Source of the DNA: Rebecca billardiae RCC1528
Taxonomy: Eukaryota; Protista; Haptophyta
Reading direction: 5' to 3'
Assembly: GCA_965240325.2 (NCBI GenBank)
Contig: OZ251223.1
Location: forward strand, 1,302,001 to 1,366,000
Length of the DNA: 64,000 nucleotides
Position numbers and translations under genes: made by a program
Shown here: one piece after another, positions 56,990 through 64,000 of the stretch
Layout of the letters: each line of letters starts with the position of its first letter
Position numbering within the stretch: the stretch's first letter is position 1
Notes under the pieces: generated by a model
What the model saw: only the letters and a program-made list of their open reading frames with translations
The model's database searches: none
What the model was told of the DNA's origin: nothing

Positions 56990-57883
56990 ATGGCCGCCGC
57001 CGACCTTGCCGCTGCCTGTGCCATATCGCCTGTTCCGTAGCGCGCGTGGCGGCCGTTCGCCGGTCGAGCACGCGCTGCGCGAGAGCGCGCGCGAGCGCGC
57101 GCGCATGCGGGGCCACGAGCGCGCACTGCCGCCGACGGTGCCCGCGAGTGCGTGCACCTGGGTGCAAGAACTTCTCGTACGCGAGCGCGTGCACGAGCTC
57201 AGCTCTCGCATACGCGCCCCCAGTGGCCTGCGGCCATCGCTTTCGCGCGTTTGTGGACGCGGAGGGCGGGCTGCACACGCCAAGGCGCATCGAGGCGCTC
57301 GCGGATGTGCGCGCAACGCACGTGAGCGCAGCCTGGGACCAGAGCGTGGTGGTGGGTGCGGACGGGGGGTGTACTGCACTTCTCGGTGCTCGACGCTATC
57401 CCGCGCCAGGTCGCAGCTTTGAGCGTGGTGGTGGGTGCGGACGGGGGGTGTACTGCACTTCTCGGTGCTCGACGCTATCCCGCGCCAGGTCGCAGCTCCG
57501 TGCCCATGCGCGTGGAAGCGCTGGTGGGTGTGCGCGCCGTGCGCGCATACGCCAGCCGCTTCAGCAGCGTGGTTCTGGACGCGGACGGCAGCGCGCACGC
57601 GTTCAGGACCAACGGCAGCGGCGAGCTGGGGCATGCGCCCGCTGGCGCCGCCGTGTTCCTGCCGACTCTGCCGAGGCGTATTCACGCCCTCGCGCATGCG
57701 CGCGTGGTAGGTTGCGCTATTGCTAGCTCGCACGTGCTGTATGTGACTAGTGCGGATGGGCGGTGCGTGGACGAATGCGCCGCGCCGTTGGCAGCCGCGC
57801 CGTTGGCAGCGCTCGGCCTTGGCGCGATTCCGGCAGAGCCGCAGAGGGGCTGTCCGAATCGTATCGGTACATCACTCGTCTAA
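56990..57883 (+). pseudogene. Degraded RCC1-repeat gene
   Basis: RCC1-like pieces in different frames (TPRRIEALADVRATHVSA, PMRVEALVGVR..AHAF..NGSGELGH..LPRRIHALA), an early stop and an internal duplication. Confidence 0.65.
57342..57497 (+). repeat. Exact 77-bp tandem duplication (79-bp period)
   Basis: GAGCGTGGTGGTGGGTGCGGAC...CCAGGTCGCAGCT at 57342 and 57421. Confidence 0.92.
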
Positions 57884-58672
57884 TAAACAGCTCCGCCACT
57901 CCGCTGGACGACTCGTTGACTGAGCGCGGCCGCCCCGCGGTCTGCGGCTGCCGGACCGCAGCCTAACGCGGACCGCCGCCTACGGACGAGCCGGACGACG
58001 CCGGGCACCGCCGCACCGACGACGCCGGACGCAAGCGACGCACGGCATCACCGGCGCGCGCGCTGGGCGCCTGCGGCACGCAGAGCGCGCGCAGCGCTGA
58101 TCACGCCTTGATGCGTGTGCATGTATCGCGGTGGTTTTGCCGGCTGACCTGCATCCTGAGATCCACCCGCGCGCACGTCACTGAGCTGACAGTTACGGAG
58201 CATGCGCAGCGCAGGCCAGCGCAGGCGCTGGTCCCACTGGCCGGCGGCAAAAAACGAGCCGCAGTCGCCCTGCACTCACCCGACATCTGAGCCCTGCTCG
58301 CTTTCACGGTGCTGTCTTGTGACTGGCGGCTGCGCACGGTTTTCGCTGCCCTCTGTCGAGTCTCACGCTTTGCCCGTGTCTTCAAGGCCAGTGAAATCTC
58401 GCCTGCACGAGACCACAACGGCCACAGCCACCTTCACTAAGACACCGTTCAACCAGCAAGCAGGAGATGCCGAGCAAGCACAGATCTCCACCGACCAGCC
58501 CCCACTCGGGTGACACACGGGCGTGACTCCGTGCGGCGACCTGTGCTGAACGCCGGGGTTTATGAACGGTCTTCAACGCGCGATCTTGCTGCATTGTGGG
58601 TTTGCCGAGAACTTATTCGTTTCTTGTCGATTTATTCAAGAAGAAAATAAAATGACCCGAAAATCGGAATCC

Positions 58673-59206
58673 ATGGGCGTGACTCGTCGTCTCCTGAGCT
58701 CGTCGGCGCGCGCGGCGCTCGGCCGACCTGCAGCGCCGTCGGTAGCAAACTCTTGGCACCGTGACCACGTACAGCTGCTGGCGAGCTCTCTCCATCGTCT
58801 GACTGGGCGCAGCTTCCTTCCCCCCGACGGAGTGACCGACGCCGCCGCGCGCGACCTCGCGGACAACGCTGACCTGATCGTCATCTCCCATGGCATTGAG
58901 GAGGACCCGCTATTCAACTACTGCACGCGCGCAGGCCTCGAGCTTTGGGAGGTGAGCTGGGAGCAGCTCGTCAGCCTACCCTCCAAGCGCTCCGCAGAGC
59001 AGGTCGAGCGTTCCGAACGGGCCGAGCTACTCGCGCGCGTGCAACGCGATGGCTACATTGCAGACTACTCAGGCGTGCGCGTCTCCTCGACAGGGAGGCG
59101 TTTCCGCATCCACGGCGCCACGGTGTGGGAGGTGTACTGCCCGGATGGTGTGCGCAGGGGCCAGGCGTGCACTTTCGCGCGCTCGACAGTCGAGAGGCTC
59201 GACTGA
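58673..59206 (+). CDS. Standalone MEKHLA-domain (PAS-like) protein; start could also be 58652 or 58562
   Basis: SHGIEEDPLFNY..LELWEVSWEQL..LPSKRSAE..ER..LL..V...GYI.DYSGVRVSSTGRRFRI..ATVW..G...GQACTF. Confidence 0.9.
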   Translation: MGVTRRLLSSSARAALGRPAAPSVANSWHRDHVQLLASSLHRLTGRSFLPPDGVTDAAARDLADNADLIVISHGIEEDPLFNYCTRAGLELWEVSWEQLVSLPSKRSAEQVERSERAELLARVQRDGYIADYSGVRVSSTGRRFRIHGATVWEVYCPDGVRRGQACTFARSTVERLD

Positions 59207-59634
59207 TGAACGCAATGCGCGCATAACGAGGCGCTTCGACGACCGTGTGCTCGTTCGATCGATGGGACCCAGAGGCATGGCCGCAGTACACCACTGCATT
59301 GGTGCGAAGACCACATCGCCGTCGCGTGATCATCATGGCCGTGGTGGCGACGCGCGTAGGACTGAGCATATGCCCGAATGTTGACTAGCCGGCGCGAACC
59401 GGCGTTGCTGGAGTGTTAACCAGCCGTGCCCGCTGCGTCCACGGTGACGGTGACGGGTGGCGCCAGAGTCAGAGCCAGAGGCAGAGTGATCTGATGTCCA
59501 CCGCCAGACAGCTACCAGACTAGATGTCCAGCAGTGCTCCGGCCTGCTGATGATGTGTCTGTTATTATTTGTCGCGCCATTATTTATTTAGACCACTGTG
59601 CCAGGCGGACGTATGATAACGCCGTGACGAACTA

Positions 59635-60894
59635 CTACCCGTCATCAGCGCAGAAGAAGCGCTTCGCGAGTATAGCCGCGTGCATCTGGTGCTGCGTGAC
59701 GTCCACTCGCAGCGCCGGCTCCACCCGGTGGTTCTGCGCGCCGCCCACCGCGCGCCGGTCGCTCGTGTTCACCCGGCTGCGGTGCACGAAGGAGGGGTGG
59801 CCAACTTGCCAGCTCGTGAGCTTGCACAGCCCGCGCGTGATCACCATCGTGAGCTTCTTCACGTGCGCCCGCGCCGCCGCGTCCGAGCTCGGCCGCTCGC
59901 GCGCCAGCCTGTACGCGCTGACGAGGCCTTCGTACGCGTACCCGGTGTTGCGGTTGCGCGCCAGCGTGCGGTGCACGTCGATCATCCACTCGGCGAGCTC
60001 CGCGACGCGCGCGGCGTACGAGCGCGTCTCCGGCCAGCCGGCGTGGTACAGCTGCGTGAGCGCCATCGAGCCCCACTGGTACCACCCCTTTGTGATGGCC
60101 GAGTCCCTGTTCTTCTCGCGCGCGCGCTGCGCGTGCGCCGCGTACCCGGCCTCGGCGAGCTCGACGGCGGCCGAGCGCAGGTCTGTGCGGTTCGCGTGGC
60201 GTGCTGCCTTGGCGAGCGCGAGCGCCGCCTCGCCGTCGGCGTACGGATTGTTCGCGCCGAACCCGCGCGCGGCCGGGTCCGCCGAGTAGGTCGAGTGCAC
60301 CAGCCGGCCGGGCGCGGGCATGCGTTGCGTGAGCAGGTGCGCCAGCAGGCCCCGAAGCTCGCGCTCGAGCTGGAGGCGCTCCGAGCCGCTCAGCGGCGGC
60401 CTGGCGCGGAGCAGGTCGACGTGCGCGAGAACGATCAGCGCCTGCGCGCCGTTGGATCCAACCGTCTTACCGGGGTACACCACCGCACGCGCGCCCGAGT
60501 TGGTGGTGATCGTGTGCGCACGGAAGAAGGAGAGCGCGCGCAGAATGCCGCGCAGCAGCGCGGGCTCGCGCGAGTAGGAGTACAGGAACGCGAGGCCCCA
60601 GACGGAGCCGGCTTGCCGCACTGCGTTGTCCTGGGACGAGACGACACGCGAGTGCCAGTTGTACTCGTAGTGAAAGTTGCCCGTGGGCTTCTGGAAGTTG
60701 AGCATGAAGCGCGTGCCCAGCTTGATCGAGAGGTCGAGTGAGCCCGAGCACAGCGTCTCACGCGTGCACTCGTTCCGCACCGGGGCGGCAGGGGGCGTGC
60801 CGAGCTGCTGCGCGTGGCCACTGCGTAGCAGTACCAGTACGCACGCGAGCCAGATCGCGGATCGTGGGACGGCGCGGGAGCGACGCCGTGCCAT
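59635..60894 (-). CDS. Secreted 419-aa protein, probable (alpha/alpha)6-barrel (six-hairpin glycosidase-like), bacterial-like
   Basis: Signal-like AIWLACVLVLLRSGHA; motifs QKPTGNFHYEY, NAVRQAG..WGL, YADGEAALAL, NTGYAYEGL and RVDVTQH. The fold call is inferred. Confidence 0.7.
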   Translation of the reverse strand: MARRRSRAVPRSAIWLACVLVLLRSGHAQQLGTPPAAPVRNECTRETLCSGSLDLSIKLGTRFMLNFQKPTGNFHYEYNWHSRVVSSQDNAVRQAGSVWGLAFLYSYSREPALLRGILRALSFFRAHTITTNSGARAVVYPGKTVGSNGAQALIVLAHVDLLRARPPLSGSERLQLERELRGLLAHLLTQRMPAPGRLVHSTYSADPAARGFGANNPYADGEAALALAKAARHANRTDLRSAAVELAEAGYAAHAQRAREKNRDSAITKGWYQWGSMALTQLYHAGWPETRSYAARVAELAEWMIDVHRTLARNRNTGYAYEGLVSAYRLARERPSSDAAARAHVKKLTMVITRGLCKLTSWQVGHPSFVHRSRVNTSDRRAVGGAQNHRVEPALRVDVTQHQMHAAILAKRFFCADDG

Positions 60895-60994
60895 CGCTCG
60901 CTGGAATCAGTGCTCCAAGCGATTTCCACGAATAGAATGAGTCTTCACCCGACGCGCAGTCGCGCACCGATTCACACGTGGGTGCACTGCCACG

Positions 60995-62710
60995 ATGGCG
61001 GGCGACGATGCCGGGGTCCGCATGCTCCGGCGCAGGGCGGGGCGGGGCGACGCGCGTGCGACCTTCCTGTTGGCGAAGCGCACCGAATCGGGCGACGGCG
61101 TCGCGCGGGACGTCGACGAGGCGCATCGCCTCTATGCCATCGCAGCGAATCGCGGGTTTGCGCAAGCGCAGCAACGGTTGGGCGAGATCCACACGGCCAC
61201 GCCGAATTGGGCGGAGGCGGTGCGCTGGTTCCGGCTGGCGGCCGAGCAGGGCGATGCACGTGGGCAGTACAGCCTGGGCGTATGCTACCGACGAGGCGAG
61301 GGCGTGCCGCAGGATATGGCCGAGGCGGTGCGCTGGTTCCGGCTGGCGGCCGAGCAGGGCGATGCACGTGGGCAGTACAACCTGGGCGTGTGCTACCAAG
61401 AAGGCAAGGGCGTGCCGCAGGATATGGCCGAGGCAGTGCGCTTGTACCGGCTGGCGGCCGAGCAGGGCCATGCAGATGCGCAGATCAACCTGGGCGTGTG
61501 CTACAATCAAGGCAAGGGCGTGTCGCAGGATACGGCCGAGGCGGTGCGCTTGTACCGGCTGGCGGCCGAGCAGGGCGATGCAGTTGCGCAGACCAACTTG
61601 GGCATGTGCTACGCACGAGGCGAGGGCGTGCCGCAGGATGTGGCCGAGGCGGTGCGCTGGCACCGGCTGGCTGCCGAGCAGGGCGATGCAGAAGCGCAGA
61701 GCAACCTGGGCTGGTGCTACGACCGAGGCGAGGGCGTGCCGCAGGATACGGCCGAGGCGGTGCGCTTGTACCGGCTGGCGGCCGAGCAGGGCGATGCAGA
61801 TGCGCAGACCAACCTGGGCGTGTGCTACAAACACGGCAAGGGTGTGCCGCAGGATACGACCGAGGCGGTGCGCTGGTACCGGCTGGCTGCCGAGCAGGGC
61901 GATGCAGTTGCGCAGACTCGCCTGGCCTGGTGCTACGAACGAGGCGAGGGCGTGCCACAGAACTGGGCCGAGGCTGTGCGCTTGTACCGGCTGGCGGCCG
62001 AGCAGGGTGGTGCAAATGGGCAGACCAGCCTGGGCGTGTGCTACGAACGAGGCGAGGGCGTGCCGCAGGATATGGCCGAGGCGGTGCGCTTGTACCGGCT
62101 GGCTGCCGAGCAGGGCGATGCAGCTGCGCAGAACAACCTGGGCTGGTGCTACGATCGAGGCGAGGGCGTGCCGCAGGATATGGCCGAGGCGGTGCGCTTG
62201 TACCGGCTGGCGGCCGAGCAGGGCGATGCACGTGCGCAGACCAACCTGGGCGTGTGCTACGAACACGGCAAGGGCGTGCCGCAGGATACGGCCGAGGCGG
62301 TGCGCTGGTACCAACTGGCCATCGACGGCGGCGAGTCAGAAGCCCACTTGGCATTGGCGCGCCTGCTGCTTGCAGGCGGGGCCGAGCAGCGCGACGTGGC
62401 GGAGGCAGTGCGGCTGCTGCGCCGCGGGCACGAGCTTGACGGCTCCGTGGTGGATCCGAGCGAGGTGCTCGGCGACTATGCCGGAGATCGCGAGGTGGCC
62501 GCTGCGTGCTGCATGGTGTGCGCCAAGTCGGGCCGTGGCGTGAAGAAGTGCGAGCGGTGCCTCGTGGCGGTGTTCTGCTGCCGCGAGCACCTGCGGAGCA
62601 CGTGGACATTGCACAAGCCACACTGCACGGAGTGGCGCGCCGCGGCGGTGGTGACGACCGCTGCCAATCAGGCTGAGACTGATGCTGTCGACGATGACGA
62701 CTGCTCATGA
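60995..62710 (+). CDS. Sel1-like repeat + zf-MYND protein, paralogue 2 (10 core repeats)
   Basis: 108-bp repeat units; same N-cap, C-cap and MYND as paralogue 1. Confidence 0.94.
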   Translation: MAGDDAGVRMLRRRAGRGDARATFLLAKRTESGDGVARDVDEAHRLYAIAANRGFAQAQQRLGEIHTATPNWAEAVRWFRLAAEQGDARGQYSLGVCYRRGEGVPQDMAEAVRWFRLAAEQGDARGQYNLGVCYQEGKGVPQDMAEAVRLYRLAAEQGHADAQINLGVCYNQGKGVSQDTAEAVRLYRLAAEQGDAVAQTNLGMCYARGEGVPQDVAEAVRWHRLAAEQGDAEAQSNLGWCYDRGEGVPQDTAEAVRLYRLAAEQGDADAQTNLGVCYKHGKGVPQDTTEAVRWYRLAAEQGDAVAQTRLAWCYERGEGVPQNWAEAVRLYRLAAEQGGANGQTSLGVCYERGEGVPQDMAEAVRLYRLAAEQGDAAAQNNLGWCYDRGEGVPQDMAEAVRLYRLAAEQGDARAQTNLGVCYEHGKGVPQDTAEAVRWYQLAIDGGESEAHLALARLLLAGGAEQRDVAEAVRLLRRGHELDGSVVDPSEVLGDYAGDREVAAACCMVCAKSGRGVKKCERCLVAVFCCREHLRSTWTLHKPHCTEWRAAAVVTTAANQAETDAVDDDDCS

Positions 62711-62879
62711 TGCTCATGATGCTGATGAGACTCCACTGCCAGGAGTCGTAGTAGTTAGTACGTATCCATCTACTAGACAAGATGATATGTTCAATGTACC
62801 GGTACTGCATGCTCGTCTCCCCAATGGGGTTCAACCGTCATTCACAGTTCACACACGTTCAACGTGGGTCACTGCCACG

Positions 62880-64000
62880 ATGGCGGGCGACGATGCCGGG
62901 GTGCGCATGCTCCGGCGCAGGGCGGGGCGGGGCGACGCGCGTGCGACCTTCCTGCTGGCGAAGCGCACCGAATCGGGCGACGGCGTCGCGCGGGACGTCG
63001 ACGAGGCGCATCGCCTCTATGCCATCGCAGCGAATCGCGGGTTTGCGCAAGCGCAGCAACGCTTGGGCGAGATCCAGTTCCACGCAGCCAATTGGGCGGA
63101 GGCGGTGCGCTGGTTCCGGCTGGCGGCCGAGCAGGGCGATGCAGTTGCACAGTCCAACCTGGGCGCGTGCTACCATCTAGGCGAGGGCGTGCAGCAGGAT
63201 ATGGCCGAGGCGCTGCGCTGGTTCCGGCTGGCGGCCGAGCAGGGCTTCGCAGCTGCGCGTTACAACCTGGGAAGGTGCTACGAAGAAGGTAAGGGCGTGC
63301 TGCAGGATATGGCCGAGGCGCTGCGCTTGTACCGGCTGGCGGCAGAGCAGGGCGATGCAGATGCACAGATCAACATGGCCGTGTGCTACAAACAAGGCAA
63401 GGGCGTGCCGCAGGATACGGCCGAGGCGGTGCGCTGGTACCGGCTGGCGGCCGAGCAGGGCAATGGAGCTGCGCAGAGCAACCTGGGCTGGTTCTACGAC
63501 CGAGGCGAGGGCGTGCCGCAGGACTGGGCCGAGGCGGTGCGCTGGTACCGGCGGGCGGCAGAGCAGGGCGATGCAGAAGCGCAGAACAACCTGGGCGTGT
63601 GCTACAAACGAGGCGAGGGCGTGCAGCAGGGTATGGCCGAGGCGGCGCGTTGGTTCCGGCTGGCTGCCGAGCAGGGCAAGGCAGTTGCACAGTACAGCCT
63701 GGGCCGGTGCTACGAAGACGGCAAGGGCGTACAGCAGGATGTGGCCGAGGCGGTGCGCTGGTACCGGCTGGCGGCAGAGCAGGGCGATGCACAAGCGCAG
63801 TACAACCTGGGCGTGCGCTACGCACAAGGCGAGGGCGTGCCGCAGGATATGGCCGAGGCGGTGCGCTGGTACCGGCTGGCTGCCGAGCAGGGCACTGCAG
63901 CTGCGCAGAACAACCTGGGCTACTGCTACGCACTAGGCGAGGGCGTGCAGCAGGACTGGGCCGAGGCGGTGCGCTGGTACCGGCAGGCGGCCGAGCAGGG
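62880..64000 (+). CDS. Sel1-like repeat protein, paralogue 3, 3'-partial (at least 8 core repeats); not in the ORF track
   Basis: ATG at 62880 gives MAGDDAGVRMLRRRAGRGD..., open to the window end. Confidence 0.92.
   Translation, partial: MAGDDAGVRMLRRRAGRGDARATFLLAKRTESGDGVARDVDEAHRLYAIAANRGFAQAQQRLGEIQFHAANWAEAVRWFRLAAEQGDAVAQSNLGACYHLGEGVQQDMAEALRWFRLAAEQGFAAARYNLGRCYEEGKGVLQDMAEALRLYRLAAEQGDADAQINMAVCYKQGKGVPQDTAEAVRWYRLAAEQGNGAAQSNLGWFYDRGEGVPQDWAEAVRWYRRAAEQGDAEAQNNLGVCYKRGEGVQQGMAEAARWFRLAAEQGKAVAQYSLGRCYEDGKGVQQDVAEAVRWYRLAAEQGDAQAQYNLGVRYAQGEGVPQDMAEAVRWYRLAAEQGTAAAQNNLGYCYALGEGVQQDWAEAVRWYRQAAEQ

Noticed and set aside
60995-64000. Diversity-generating retroelement behind the NNC/NNT variable codons in the Sel1 repeats
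   Set aside because: No reverse transcriptase or template repeat in the window, and framework adenines are invariant. Selection plus recombination explains the pattern.
1-64000. tRNA, rRNA or other structured RNA genes
   Set aside because: None recognisable by eye; a tRNAscan/Infernal search would be needed to exclude them.

Overview
Very GC-rich eukaryotic genomic DNA with short GTGCGC...GCAG spliceosomal introns. The style suggests a microalga, possibly a Pavlovales-type haptophyte (inference only). The left 34 kb is one giant minus-strand gene (ATG 34241, running off the window at position 1 with no stop, about 11,100 aa or more). Its order is: signal peptide, 7-blade RCC1 propeller (5 introns at the same repeat position), about 9,650 aa of (Ser-Pro-Pro-Pro)n rod with a quantised higher-order period, IPT/TIG domains, then a PKD/REJ-like module. 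The ORF track misses the C-terminal frame and instead lists Gly- and Arg-rich shadow ORFs. Just upstream is a 3.6-kb element with about 730-bp inverted arms carrying a decayed SPPP fragment. The right half holds a SYP7-type syntaxin, a predicted RRM-Nudix(NUDT15-like, EE>EQ) fusion, an unknown 906-aa ORF, a 1.08-kb TIR element with a 7-bp TSD, a metallophosphoesterase, a nodulin-like MFS transporter, kish/TMEM167, an RCC1 pseudogene, a standalone MEKHLA protein, a secreted bacterial-like alpha-barrel protein, and three Sel1-repeat paralogues (zf-MYND seen in the two complete copies) whose repeats are hypervariable at the ligand-groove positions.
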